From Lama glama (lineage: Eukaryota): a DNA stretch of 64,000 nucleotides. The DNA lies in contig JAPYYK010000155.1 in the NCBI GenBank assembly GCA_028534125.1, forward strand, positions 372,001-436,000, given 5' to 3'. This document shows, in pieces, positions 37,465 to 52,331 of the stretch (its first letter is position 1; the number at the start of each line of letters is the position of its first letter). Position numbers and translations under genes: made by a program. The notes beneath the pieces were generated by a model. The model ran no database searches. It saw only the letters and a program-made list of their open reading frames with translations, and had not been told where the DNA came from.

Positions 37465-40170
37465 AGAAACTGAAAACAAGAAAACAATGAAACGAAAAGA
37501 AAATCAATGAAACAAAAAGCTAGTTCTTCAAAAAAATCAATAAAATTGACAAACCTCTAGCAACACTGGAAGAGATATAAAGAGAGAAGACACAAATCGC
37601 CAGTGTCAGGAATAAAACAAGGATATCACTACAAATCCACATCCATTAAAATGGCAATAGTGGAACAGTATGAGTAACTTTACATTGATACATTTGACAA
37701 CTTAGAAGAAATAAGCCAAGCTCTTAAAAACAATAAACTACCACACCTCAACCTAAACAGTCCTAAAACCATGAATGAACTTAGATTTGTAATTTAAAAG
37801 TTCCAGAAAAGGAAATCTCTGGATATAAATATAATTCACCACTTGAAAATCAATCAAAAAGCTAAAGGAGGAAAACATATAATCATTATCAATTGATACA
37901 GAAGAGCATTTGACAAAATCCTGCACCTGTTTATGATCAAGACTCTCAGCAATCTAAAAATAAGGGGGAACATACTCAACTTAATAAAGAACACCTAAAA
38001 TACATACAGCTAACATCATGCTTAACAACGAGAAGCAATGTTTTCCTTTTAGAGTGGGGAACAAGGAAAGGATGTTTGGCATCATTCTGATGAAGCATAG
38101 GATTGAAAGTTCCAGCCACTGAAGTAAGGCAAGAAAAGAAATTTTAAAAGCATATGTATTGGAAAAGAAGAAATAAAACTGTCTCTTTGCAGATGGCATG
38201 ATTATCTTCATAGGAAATTCCAAAGAATCTAAAAGGAAAAAAAAAAATCATGCTAGAACGAATGAGTCCACTATGGTCACAGGATAAATGATCAACATGC
38301 AGAAATCTGTTGGATTTCTATATGCTCACAATGGCCATGTGGAAATCAAAATCAAAAACTCAGAATGATTTATAACTGCTCCAAAGAAAATTAAATACTT
38401 CAGACTTAACAAAAACATGTAAGAATCCATATGTTGACAACCACAAAATACAGATAGAAGAAATCAAAGAAGACTTAAATAAATGGAAAGACATTATATT
38501 CATGGATTGGAAGACTAAATGTAGGTGAGCCTTTGTAATTCCTGCCAAAATCCAAGCAAAATTGTTTGCAGCCATAGATAAGCTTATTCTAAAATTTATA
38601 TGGAAACACACAGGCCTTAGAACAGCTCAAATGATCTTGCAAAGAAAGATTAAAGTAAGAGTAATCACTCTACCTTATAATGAAGCCCACTATATAGCTA
38701 TAGTACTCAGGATGGTGTGGCATTGCTGGAGGAATAGGCACATAGATCATTGGAATAGAACAGAGAACCCAGATATAGACCCGTACAAATATGCCCGTAC
38801 AAATATTGATTTTCAACAAAGGTGCAAAAGCTACTCAATGAACAAAGGATAGCTTTCTCAACAAATGGTACTGGAGGAATTGGACATCCATAGGCAAAAA
38901 AAAGTGAAACTTTACTTAGACCTCACACCTTATAAATCAGTAACTCAAAATGCATTATAGACTTAAAGTAAAATATAAAAATATAAAACTTTCAGAAAAG
39001 AATATTAGGAGAAAATCTTCAGCATCTAAGGCAAGGCAGAGTTCTTTGTCTTGACACCAAAAGCAAGATCCATACAAGGAAAAATTGATACACTGTACCT
39101 CATTGAAATTGAAAACTTTTGCTCAACAAAGACTGTTAAGAGAGAGAAAAGATGAGATATAATTTGGAAGAAAATAGTTGCAAACCACATATCCAACAAA
39201 GGATTAGTATCTAGACTATATAAAGAACTATCAAAATTCAGCAGTAAAAATGAACTATCCCAGTTAGGAAATGGACAAAGAAATGAACAGACATTTCACT
39301 GAAGCTGGTAGATACAGGGCAAATAAGCACGTGAAAAGATGTTCAGCATTTTTAGTCATCAATTAAATGTAAATTAAAATTGCAATGAGGTATCACTGCC
39401 TACCTACGAGAATAGCTCAATAGAAATTAGTGACAGCACCTAAGCTTCACCAGTAACTGAATCACTCACACATTGCTGGTAGGGATGTGAAACGAAACAG
39501 CTACTTTGCTGTGCCTGACATAGCAAACAGTTCAGTCGTTTCTCATAAAATAGTTACATCATCTAGCAATNNNNNNNNNNNNNNNNNNNNNNNNNNNNNN
39601 NNNNNNNNNNNNNNNNNNNNNNNNNNNNNNNNNNNNNNNNNNNNNNNNNNNNNNNNNNNNNNNNNNNNNNNNNNNNNNNNNNNNNNNNNNNNNNNNNNNN
39701 NNNNNNNNNNNNNNNNNNNNNGTATCCATGCCATGTGATACTACTCAGCAACAAAGGGAACAAATGATTGATATGACAACTCACATGAATCTGCAGGAAA
39801 TTATGCTGAGTGAAAAAAGCCAGTCTTAAGTAACCTACTGGGTGATTCCATTTATATGATACTCTTGAAAAGACAAAATTAAAGAAATGGAGAACAGATT
39901 AGCGGCTTCCAGGAGGTCAGGGAGAAGCAACTGAGAGTGGGAAGGAGAGGTCAGTGTGGCTCTAAAAGAGCAACATGAAGAATCCTTGTGGTGATGAAAA
40001 TGTTTTGACCATTGGTGGCATCGTCAATACCCTGGTTGTGATATCGCACTTTAATTTTGCAAGATGTTACAATTTGGAAGATACTGCACAAAAGGCACTC
40101 AAGATCTCTCTCTATTATTCCATATAACTATATATGAATCTACAAATATTTCAAAACAGAAAGTTAATTT
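37465..40170 (+). mobile_element. L1MC/L1MD-class LINE-1 remnant (ORF2 fragments incl. degenerate RT motif + 3'UTR), N gap 39571-39721
   Basis: aaaatcaataaaattgacaaacctctagc; tttgcagatggcatgatt (FADGM for FADDM) at ~38186; ORF 38562-38852 IDKLILKFIWK...WNRTENPDI is L1 ORF2-like; 3'UTR ttgtgatat..ttttgcaagatgttac. Confidence 0.92.
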
Positions 40171-40679
40171 TAAATAATTAAACGATATTACCTAATGAAA
40201 AAAGAAAGAGTGAGTGGAGGGTCAGGGATAGAGACTGGAGACTTATAGCCACAGGGCAGCTCATGTAGAAGGTACTTGTTTGTCAGCTAGAGATAAATGA
40301 AAGGATTGCTGAGTTCCATCACTAGCCCCGCTGAGGTTAGATTTCATTTGCAGCAGAACAATTGACACAATTAAGTGTGTTTGGAAAAGCATGATCCCAA
40401 GGTATGACGGCCCCCCTCACACATCTAGGAAACACCATACAGATATTCACAGAAATAACACTTCAAAAAAGAATGTGCCATTCCAGTGAAAAGAAACTGC
40501 ATGCTGTACTCCTGGGCTTTTGCAAATGCATCAAATGAAAGTCCTATTGAAAACGTGGTCAAATAAACACAGCATGATGGTACTAAAATGAGCATTAGAG
40601 CCGAGTAGGGGAAACTCAGCCCTGCTGTGATACCAAAGAGTGGGAGAGACGGATTTCTGCTGAATTCTCTTAATTTGTT

Positions 40680-40690
40680 TGTGTGTGTGT

Positions 40691-40723
<33 letters not shown>
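40680..40723. repeat. (TG)n(GA)n microsatellite
   Basis: Direct reading. Confidence 0.85.
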
Positions 40724-40728
<5 letters not shown>

Positions 40729-42349
40729 GCGCATAAGAGTATTAGTGTGGATTAGTGTTGAATGTATGTCTAAGTACGTAAGTGTGTGAATGAGTTGAGG
40801 CCTGAATTAAAGACTTTTTCTTCCAGATAAAAGTAATATTACTTATATCTTCAAAGCTCACAAACCAAGGTCTGTTCAGTGGCATTGCTTTTGCACTCCA
40901 CTAAGCCCTTCCACTCCAGTGCCAACTGTGAGGAGTGAAACTGAATGGAGGCTCCACTACCTAAGTGTCCAGAGATGATGTTTCTCTTTAGGAGGGTTCA
41001 TTCAAATCACGTTTCCTGATGGCGGGTCCATCTCGTGCGTCTCGATATTCCAACCACAGTTACTTTGATAAAGAGACGCACAAATGTTTGTTGCGTGATT
41101 GAGTGTGTCCACATACGTCACTGAGATCACAGTTTGTGTGTACCCGCTTACTGGACTTTGTGGAGGACATGGAAGTATTTGACACACTCCCCTCCTCCTA
41201 AAATGTTTATAACCAGAATCTTTGCATGTCTTCTTTTCCCTGTAGTGTCAACTTTACCAGTGGACAATTTCAAACATGTTTCTTTAGCTTCCTCACCTAC
41301 TGCCACCTACATACCAGAAGTCCTCTCTGCTCTACTCCTATGATGGAGCATCAACAGTCTTATTAGCTTAAATATCCAGGGTTCCAGATCAAGGGCAATA
41401 CCAACTAAGGGGACAAGGGTTTCCAAGAGACCTTGAAGGATTAAGAACTATGTACCCTTCTGGGTCCAAACATTCCTGACCAGTATAGACCCATGAGCAG
41501 TAACTAGATTTTGTTCACTTTTTTGAAACTAAAAAGAGTAAGTAATTCTGGCTGGCCTGGTTTCCTTAAAGACCAGCAATCTATTTGAATTTGCCAACTC
41601 AAAGCCAGAGACACATTTATCTTTGCTATCAGAGTAACTTATTCTTGAAGATCGTAGGGGTGAACAGAACAGAGCAGAGTATATTTTTCTGCCTTCAGTC
41701 AATATTGTACTCAAATTAACTCATAAGAGTGGTCTGTCCTTTCTTTGAAATTTCAAATGACAGAGCCTCTCATGGAAATACATTCAGGAGTTTTAAAGCC
41801 TCTATCATTAGGGAGTCATCCAAGCCAAATTTTGATACCCAAAGAAGAAAAACAATAGTCTGTGTGTTCTATGTGACACATTCCATCATTAGTTAAATGT
41901 TTTGAAAACAAATATAGAGATAAAAACCTAGGTCCTAATTTTTTTCAGAAGTTACATTGATGAATGTAAACATTCCTTCCATTCATTGAAACTGTGGGAA
42001 ATACAGATTGCCATTTTAAAAACTCTGCAGGTTTTGCTTTTGCCAACTTTAGAGAAACAATATTTAAAAAGATAACCAGTGATAAACTGTCTAAAGAGAT
42101 AGCTGGGATCTAGGCTGACACATTTTAAACCGTCAGCCGGCAACATTGACACCAGGGCTTCCAACCGGCGAGCAGCTTTTTCAGGCTCCTTGGTTACTGA
42201 AATCCCGCTATGTCAGCAGAAGATCTGCCTCCCAGTCCAGTGACACATTTGTGGGAAAAGTGAGCAAAAGGGTCTGTCTAACTGGATCAGGGGAGTAGGA
42301 GTCAGCAAATGATTCCAGGGCTCTTTTCTCTCTTGTTATTTACTTTATT

Positions 42350-43170
42350 GTTTTTCTTGTTTTGGAAATGAAGTAAGTAGTCGTAGAAAACTGAGAAAAT
42401 ACTGAAAGCTCTAAAAGAGAAAAAAATCATGTAATCCTGCTATCAAGTGATAATCATTTTTATCTTTGCATGTAAATATTTTCCTAAAACTAAAGTAGCA
42501 TGATTAGTTGGAAAATTCAAGTATTGTGGGGGGAAAAAAGGTATATCTAACCCCGTCACCCAGAGGCAGCCATTGTTAATAGATCAGTGAACTTCCAGTC
42601 ATCTCTTTTTCATGCCTACACATGCAATCACTGTAGTTTACATAAGGGGTCATCTCTCTGTCATGCCCTGCATCTGGCTTTTGTTTTATCCAACTGAATT
42701 TCAGGGAGATCTTTCCATAGCAGGAAATATTTTTTTTAAAATTCTTTTTAATGCATGCAGATAATTCTTTTAAATGAGTAGACAGATGTTTGAGAAATGA
42801 TGCAGCCAATCCCTTATTTATGAGTATGTAGGCTGTTTCTAGTTTTCCATTCTCTGAAATAATGCTTCCATGAAGCTCTTTGTACATGTATTTTTGTGCG
42901 TAATAGCTCTTTGAGACTATCCCATCCATTAGGTAAAAATGGTAGGTCATTTTCATTAATAGTTTTCCATTAATAGTACAGTCAAACATTTTTTGGACCA
43001 TTTTATTTATTTTGGGAACTGCCCATTTTCAAATTGGAATTTTTGTCTTGTTTACAATTGCTTTGTAAAAATTCATTTTATGTTATAAGTAAAAAATTCA
43101 TGTCTGTAATGTATTGCAAATATTTTCCCAATTTATTATTTGTCTTTTGATTTGTTTATGATATATTCAA
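42350..43170 (-). mobile_element. Very old L1ME-like fragments
   Basis: acccagaggcagccattgttaa; tattgcaaatattttcccaattt..ttgtctttt. Confidence 0.5.
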
Positions 43171-46100
43171 ATTACATATAAATGTTAATACCTTTAAATA
43201 ACAGTGGAGACAATTTTATATCTGGCTTTTGTCTTTTTAACATTTTATTGTTTTGAACGTTCCCTTATTATGAAAAATTCTAGTAAAATATTTTAATGAC
43301 TATATAAAATATATTTGAGAAATGTACCGTGGTTTACCTGTTTCTTTACCGTTGGCTGTATATATATTGTACCAGTCTCTCAACACTATAAATAATACTA
43401 TATTGGAGGGTAATGAGATGATAAGCAGGTGGAAAAACTAAAGCAGGCTGTGAGCTTCAAAATTTTAGTAACAAGAGAGACTGAAAGTGAAGTGAGACTA
43501 TTTTTCCTTTATCACTGTTCAGAAAGGGACAGGGATTTATTTAGCAAAGGCCCAGTTGTGATACCTAAAAAAAAAAGATGAGGTACATGTTAAGAAAAAA
43601 TAACCCTAGTGGAAAAATAAACATGCATTAAATTTGTGTGTTTTAGTAGACATGGTTTTAATTGAGCCTTCAAGTTTTTTCTTTGCACCTGTCCCATTTG
43701 TTTTAATGGGACATAGTTTTGTTTTGGTTTTTTTCCCCTAAACTGTAGAGTATCTTGTGATTTCCATCGCGTTTTGTTACTCTTGGCAACAGTCAAATAT
43801 ATCCATTCTCTTTAGGCTTGTCTAATAGGTGCCATTATTGTGTTATCCAAGCATTTAAATTTGATGGATGAGCTTATTCTTAAAGGTTGTTCGTAAATCT
43901 GTTAAAGTTGTTTATTTTTGATTCCCGTATAATTGTGTATGCCACTATTAATGCTGCTTTCCAGGAGATTAACCATATATTGTAGGGCCTAATTTGGGTT
44001 TTAGAGTAGAAAGCGGTGATCTTTTCAATGTGTGATTTATTGGAGGGAAAGGAAGCTTGATGGGGACAATCTGGGAGCAAATACACAGCCGGGAGGAGCC
44101 CCCAGATAGACCTCGTATGACTTGGCTGTTTGTTACTCAGCAGTTTATATTGTGGGACATCTAGCACCAACAAGGGTGAAATATAGCCTCACATTTTACT
44201 ACCAACTCTGTCGTTGCCCGCTCTTTTTTCTTCGCTAAGACCAGGGAATAGAACATAAAGGTCGACAGCTTTATCCTAATCTGAATTGTTTTGAATACTG
44301 TACTTGTATTTTCATCCTCCATTGCCTTTTAACACAATGTGATGTATTGCAGCTATATTCATTATAGTGTGCTGCACCGAAATTATGCTTTGGAAGTGTG
44401 ACTTTTAATAAAAGGAAACGCTTGTGATTATTTGTACTATATCAACTGCGTCACATTAAGTCCTTAATATATTGTCGTTCAGGAGGGGCGTTTTTTCCAA
44501 TTTCATAGCAAATAAATGCAGCACAGTGGGTCCCTTGCCATACCTAGGTTTTGGAGTTGTTTTGAACCATTGCAGGTTTTGCTTGTAGTTTCCATGGCAT
44601 TTCACCTAAATCAGATAGGTGAGTCGCCCCATCTAACAAGGGCCAGGTGCATAACTGGATAGCTGTAGGTAAGAAGGTGACTTGTTTTGGAAATGTATGT
44701 GTCTACTCTTGCCAAGTCTCAGAGTTTTTCATCTTTACTCTTTGGGATACAGCCTTTTGCCGTCCCCTGTCCCCTACCCAACGCTGTGCCCAGGTCAGTT
44801 AATCACTCCCAAGGCTGTTCGGGTCCTGTTCCCTGTCCACACCCTCACTATATCGTTCTCCCTCGTGTGCACCCTAGCAGAATTCAGGCCTGTCATCTGT
44901 ATATTCTCATGGCACGCTGCCTATCATGAGCTTTAACACAAGGTGATATTTGATTAATTCTACTGAGCGAACCCCTTCTTGCCATCTTAATGTATTGAAG
45001 TGATTTTTTTTTTACCTTAGTGAGAAGGGTTGGAAGTTGGATTTTAATGAGTCACTAAATAACTTAGGGATGAAGAAGTAGAGGTAAATATTCCCATAGA
45101 GGAATTCACAAAGGGGAATAATGAGTCAAGGAAAGAGTTTTCCTTAAACGATGGAGGAGACTTTTACGTTTGCTGGCCATGAAGAGTCACTAGAAGGGAG
45201 GTTGTCGGTATGGGAAAGAAGAGGATTATTGCTCGAGTGAGGTCCAGGATTTTGTGACAGGGCACAGGTCGGGTGGACAGCATGAAGAATTAGCCAGAGA
45301 TGGGGGAAGACGCCTTTCTCTCAGACTAGAAGGAAAGAAATTAGCGTACATGTGGAAGTAAGCGTGCAGGTGAGAAGTCAGGGGATTTACGTGAATTCAG
45401 TCTTGCCATCTGCTGAGAGTAAGTGGGATACTGTTGAGCAGGGGCTTCAGGAAAGTGGACAAATGTGTACAACTGCTGTTGGGAATGAGACGGCAAGTGC
45501 GCTGGACACAAATGAGAGTCTTGCCGAGTATAGCTCAGCTTTTATGAGGAGCTGAGAAGCTCTCCAAAGCTGATTCCATAATGGAATCTCCCTGGGAGTT
45601 GAAGGCGGCAGGATTTTGGTTTGTCTCCATTAAAGTGAGAAACACAGTCCAGTTTCCAAAGCTGTTGCCAAGGCCACCCCTCTTGCCCTCATGAATGGTT
45701 TTCATGCCTCTTGGCAAACTACACTTTTGTCTTGTTTCCTTTTTTTAACTTAGCAGAGTCACACAGATAACACACATAATTTAGGTCTTCAGGGTGGAAA
45801 TAAGGAATGTGTAGGACAAATTCCTTGCATGAGATGGCCTCTGCCACCATCCTCACTAGAGAGGGAGTCTATTGCTTTACTTTATCCTTCCCACTGGGAC
45901 TACTTTCAGTTCCCATCTCTTTCTTCTTCTGATTTAAGTAAAACGAGGTCAGAATCATCCCTCATTTTTCTCTAAGACGGTTCTTCTGGAAACTGTGCAT
46001 GCATTACAGCTCTTTTAGAGATAGCTTGTCTTTTCTTTAGAAGAATCTAGGACCATAAAACTAGAATTGTTTTCATTTTATTTCTTGAATGTATCTCAAA

Positions 46101-46719
46101 ATTTTGCTCCTAGAGAAATGGCCTGCAAAGAAAGCACCCTCTGTATCTACATCATCTCATCTGTGTACAGAGGGCGCTCTGGCGGTGGTTACTGCCAGGG
46201 CCAACATTCAGATCTTCTGAACTTATTATACCAGTTTATTCTACATTTAATATAATGATTAAGAACCTGTTATGTGTCTAGCGCTGTTCTAGGCTCCAAA
46301 TAAAGAGCCTGCTTTCAGGGAGCTAGCATTCTTATGTGCATGTGATGGGAGAAGGCAGAGAGAATGAAACCAAAAAGAAATAACTAAACAAATATGTAAT
46401 AAAAAAAGGACATATCAGATAATAAGTAATAAGTATGAGCAAAATAAAATAGAGAGGTATGATGGACAATGACTGGGAGAGGCTGGCTTTACACACCTAG
46501 AGTACTATACAGAATTTAGAAGATTATTAGATTGTAACCAGACGGGTAAACGGTCTGCGATTACCTTGGCAAGACCACAAACGGCAGAAGACTTACTGTA
46601 CCCCTATTTTTGGAAAGCTGAATCTAAATCCGGAGAAATCATTCTCTTCTATGAACTCAGGAGTCCGGAGACACATCCCTGACACCAGCTGAGGTTAGTA
46701 CAGCATCCTTTCCTTGGCC

Positions 46720-46741
46720 AAAAAAAAAAAAAAAAAAAAAA
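46720..46741. repeat. Poly(A) run
   Basis: ~22 consecutive A. Confidence 0.85.
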
Positions 46742-49700
46742 TCCTGAAAACCAAAAGAGGCCAAGAAGCCTTACAGATGAAGAAAATCATTTTTCCAAAA
46801 CTCCATCTGCTGTCAGTAAATAGTCAGCCCTCTTAGTGAACGGGCATTCAGGCTCTCTCCTGTTACTACTCCTTTGTTTTACATTTTAAATCAAGTGATT
46901 ATATAACACTACTAATAAACATGTTGCCACCCTCTTTTCCTGATCGTCACATGAACGGCCTCAAACCTCCATCCTTCTTTGCTTTTGTCTAGGCTTTGGG
47001 TTCTGACCTTACCTTAACTACATTCAGACTCTGGAAAATGGAGGTTCCTGAGGTTACATTTGGAAGATTTTTGAGTGGCAGGCTCCCTTTGGCCACACAG
47101 AATTTCAAGAGTAGAAGAAAAAAAAATGTGGCTTTAGTTCAAACTCCAGCAGCTTTTTTCACCTCAGAAATGGAATCTGGCTGTGGCTAGCCCCAGGGAA
47201 TGTAAACAGAACCTTACCTGTAATTAACCCAGGGCTTCTCTTGTTCTCAATGCAAATGGAGTTATAATTGTATTTCCTTTAGCAGAATAGAAAGCCTAGC
47301 TGGCAGGTGAATAGAGGACAAACTGTCTAACTGTGACAGCTCTCTCCTATCTCCTTCTAGAAACCTGAATGATAACAAAACTGGAGTTGCATTTGATGTA
47401 AGACATATGGTAATTACTATAATAATATTATCACCCGAGTTCTGCAATGCTTTTGTCAGTGAGGTGTAATTTCACATACTGTCTGCAATAAAATGCCCGT
47501 TTTTTGGTTATTGATAGCAATGCCTTTCTAAAATGGTATAGGTGTTTGGTGACAGCTGCGAAATTCCTGCTTCATATCCAGGTAATTGGGTTGAGAATAA
47601 GGCCTGCATGCTAAAACCTGGCGATGTGAGATGTGGTGGAAGCCAGGGGAATACTGTGAATATTTTAGTAGTTATTAACGGGTTAAAAGGGAAGACTTTG
47701 CTTGGCAGATCCTCTGAAGCAATCCTGAAGGAAAGAAAAAAAAGAAAGAAAGAGATAGACAGCCCCCTTTCAGAAAGCCTCCGTGGGGTCTTGGGGCATG
47801 ATTTTGAAATTTTGAGCTAATCAATTATATTTATGAAACTGTAGGTAATGCTTTAAAGCTGTATGCACTATTCACAAATTAGACTATAATTATTTTCATT
47901 TCATTCTGCTCTTGGTTGTTTTCTAAGTCAGGTTTCACTTTGCCTAATTTCTGATTTAATAGAAATTACTGCAGCAGAATAGGTATGTGGGCATGTAATA
48001 AACACTTTTATTTATTTGTCACAAGAAAATTGCTTCCATGGTATGTTATTCTGAGCTAGCTGTGTATACTCAATTTTACAGCTGCTTCCAGGGAACCAAA
48101 TATTGAAGACATAACAGCATGTTAAAATGGACTACTCTAAAACCTTTTTTGGAAATACGTGGGAAATGAGGAAAAAATAACAATAGTACGTCAAAATGAT
48201 TCTGTTGCTGAGATTAATAAAAGGAAACCAATACAATGTCTAAATAGGGGGGAAAATCAGATTATGGGTTTTCTCCTTTTTAATATCATCTGTCATGCAG
48301 AATTTCTTTTTTAAAAATCCCACCAAAGACCCATAAAACCATGAGCTCTCTTCAGGAGTTAGCATTTAGGCACAAATCATCAGTAGTGGCGATATTCAGT
48401 GAATAAGGCATCGCATACTCGTGTTGAATTGAATAAATACGTATATGTACAGGTGTAGGTTGGCAATTTAATTCTTCTGTGAATGTTGAATAACTAGGAA
48501 TAATATTAATAATTTAGAAATAAAATTAGTGTTGTATTAGTTGGTTATTATGATTTAAATTTCTTGTTTAATTTTTTTTTTTTGAAGAGGAGAAATTATC
48601 CAGATGTTGAAAAATTGCATGGTAAACTTAGCACAAAAACTAAAGACCTTTGGTCGTAGCATTTACACAGAACATTTGGAATTTGTGAAAAAAAGGTCTG
48701 TTGCAAGGTGGTAATTCAAATCACTTTGATGCAATAATTCAAGAATTATTATTATAATAATTATTAAATGCCTGAAAAGTCCAGATCCTTTCTAACTCCT
48801 GGGAATACAGCCATGAACCAAATTAAGTCCTGCTCTCATGAGCTTACAATTACTAGGTTCGGCTTCTGTGCCAGACCCTGAACGTGTAACATCTCATGTA
48901 TAACTGACCATAACCCTTTGAGGTGTTGTACCAATTTCTCACCAAAGCTGAGAGACTCTGAGAGATCATTTGTTTATATGAGAAAGAACCAGAGTTTGGC
49001 TCCCGACACCCCTCAAGCACTCTGAACTTTCCTCGAGTGTAACAGGAAAGGTGATCTTCTGCAGAGGTAAAACCACTCTTAATTTTTCAGAAGAAAAATA
49101 GCAGGCAATAAAAACACCTCCAGTGGGGCTGAAAGGTTTGCACATCTTTGTTCATTGTACAGCTCCCTTTGGTAACTTGTCCTCTGACTTGTTTTCAGTG
49201 GTCTTAGCATTTTTACATCCACCTGAAGCTCATTAGGTAGTTAAGTTTTTATGCCTTTGCCATATGTACTATACATACTGTCCCTGTCTGTCACTTTTTT
49301 ATTTTCTTGGTACCCAGCTCTTTAAAGCAAATATCTGATTTACTGTCTTTTATTTGAAAAAACAGATCTTCAGATTGAAGAAAGAACCAAACTTGAAGTT
49401 TATTTGGTTGCTTATACTAGAAAGTGTAGTATGAAAAATATACACAGCAAAAATCATGGCCTGTTTCTTCTGTGAGTGAGCCTTTCCCCTGGAGAAAAGG
49501 CCACTGACAGGTTTCCCTGAAGGATGTTTTTCTCTGAGGTATGTGCAGGTGTGGCTGGAGTCTGAGGTGGAAGGAATCCTCTCTTTGAAGAAGTTCATTG
49601 TGGGGTTGGTCCTTAATTTAGAGGACATTATTATCAGGTAATTAAGTAGTACTAGTGAGGTTGCCCAAATGGAATAAACCTGAAAGATTTATTTTTAGCT

Positions 49701-52331
49701 TTATAAATCTCTTGTCTTTTGAAACTGCATTAATTGTTGAGCTACTGATAATGAATCTTAGATACTCAAAATATTTCTAAGGTCCATAGCAGAGTTTACG
49801 TGGTGATGTAGTAGATAGAGCATTGGACTTTGTACCAGAAGTTGTGGGGTTTTGCCTACAAATGAGGACATGCGCTGGATGATTCTAAGGCCCTTTTAGG
49901 AGTGGGCAATTCTAGGACCATTGGAAAAGTCTTCTCTTTCTTTTAATAGGGGTTATTTTCCTTTAAAAAAAATGATTCCTCTTTTTTCTTCTCCTTCCTA
50001 GATTTAAAGAAGTTCAAGGATGTAATCATACGTCTTGAATCTTAGATATCTGAGTTGGCTTTTAGCTATATGGGTTTGAAGTCCAAATGAAAAATTGAAA
50101 CTGAAGATACACATTTGGAAGTTGTTAGCAAGCAAATATTATTATCTAAATCCATAGAAGTAGACAACATTAAAAGAAAAAAAAACACATGATATTAGGA
50201 GAATTCAAGATGGAACCCTGAAAAGATCCAATGTAATAGTTCTGTAGAAGAGGAGCTGGCAAAGGAGACAGGGAATCAATCATATCCAGGAACTGAAGAT
50301 GCCCTTTGGTTGTCCCATGAGATCCAGAATTGATTACAACATCATGGTCAGTGTCAAGAAATTAATGCAGAAAATAATTATTTAAAAAAACTATAATCTA
50401 GAGTGATAAAATAATCAAGGTTTTGGAAGGACCATGTAATATATCTTATGGATATAATCATTGTTTGAATTTCTATGTAATTTAAGATTTAGAAGAAAGA
50501 GGCCTCATGTCCATTTTTAAAAGGTATAGGGGATAGGGACCAGGAATGTCTTCATGAAGGAGGAAATAATTAATCTGGGCCTCAAAGGATCATAGAAGGA
50601 GCCAAACCGAAGACATTCCAGATAGGAAAAAAAAAAAAAAACTAAGCCAAAGCAAGAAAAGGACTTCGATAGGATATGTTCAGAAAGCAGCATGGAGCTC
50701 ATTGGGCTCCAGCCCGTCCTGATGTAAATGAGCTGAGGGCTGAAGGTGGAAAGGTAAGTGGGTGAAGAGCTTTAAATGCCAGGTGAGAAGGTTATCCATA
50801 ATTGGTCAGGTAATTGAAAGTTAGTGAATGAATTTGAAGCAGAGAAATTTGCTCTAGATAACCATTTCAAGTGGAAATTTAAAAATCATAGTAGACAAAT
50901 AATTTCTAACTTATTTATTAAGCATAATTAACTGTGCTTGAACACATTCAGGCTCAGAGAGCTTCCTTTGGGTAGAAGCAGAAGGTAAGACTAGAGGAAA
51001 AGACATAAGACTAGAAAATAAAGTATTCCCTTGATACAAGGTCATTTTCATTCTCCTTTGTCAGTTCCCAAGAAACAGGAGATCCCCCAAATTCAGTCCA
51101 GTGTTTATTGTCCTTTCTAGAAAAATAAATATCCTCTGACTTAATACAAGATAGGTCCTTCTTTCTCTTTGTTGATAGAAGGATTTTAAGACTCTGAAAT
51201 CAGAGTAGGACAGGGGCAATGGGCAGGGAGTTTCCAGGTTCCTAAGTGTGTTCCAGCCTTCATTCAGCACATACCTCCCAACCACCTTCTGAACGCTGGA
51301 TGCTCAGAAAATCAGCCTTCTTTACTGTTGACAGCCGTCAGATGGAACAGATTTAGTTAATTCTCAGGATATTTTCTGACTTTTTTCTTCTCTGATTTTC
51401 CTGAACAGTAACACTTATCCACACATCTCATTCCCTTCAGAAAGGCCCGTGAAGAGCCCAGGCAGATTCTGACCAGAATGGAAAGTTGAGAACAGCTAAT
51501 TTCATCTTCCATCAGTTCCCCTCACGGTCTCTCTCTCCATCTGTCTGAAACCTCAGTGTGTGGGGAACGTCGGTGCAAAGAAGGGAGGCAGTCAGAGAAA
51601 TGGTTCAAGGTTGGTGGGTTTCTTCAGGCGAAAGATGGGGTCGTCAAAGAGGGAAGTGACAGCAGAATTGGGTGTAGAACGGTCGCATGTAAAAGCTATT
51701 TCAAAGTGAGAACTGATAGGACTTTGTGACCCTTTATGACTGAAGGTGGGAAATGGAAAAGAGGAGAGACTTAAAACTGACTCTAAAGTCACCATCCAGC
51801 TTCAAACAGGAAGAGAGGTTGGGCCTGTGTGTGGGCCCTTGTGTGTGTTGGTGGGTGGAAAGGGGCCCGATAAGAGGCTCATTTTGGACACATTCCTTGG
51901 CGAGCCCACATTGAGATGTTTCATAGATAACTGAGTATCATCTCCCTCTCTGGAGAGTGGTCTGGACCAGAGAATATAGGTCTGGGGATCAGCAACATAG
52001 CGGTGGTTAACTGAAGCCGAAAAAGAAAAAAAAAATAATAATGAGATCACTTCAGGAGGTCCTAAACTAGCCCTGCAGGTGCTTTTTGTTTTTTGCTTAT
52101 TATTTCTTTTTGATTGTTGCTTTAGATGTTTTGACAATGAAAGGTTTTCTGAAAGATCAAAGTTTTGCAAAATCACATACTAAAATGATAGGACTTTATG
52201 GGGGAAATAAGGATGAGGCAGATCACTCAAAACCCATGAGTTTGTAACCAGAACATCAATAAAAATAACAATAATCTTATTAACTTATCAGCACAATTAA
52301 AAACCATGTTAAATTCCCAGTAACATTTTTT

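Noticed and set aside
38780-38807. 14-bp tandem duplication cccgtacaaatat(g/t) and similar micro-duplications (~21948, ~52382)
   Set aside because: Ordinary slippage events within dead L1 copies.
38562-38852. 96-aa ORF with protein-like sequence
   Set aside because: Fragment of a decayed L1 ORF2, not a host gene.
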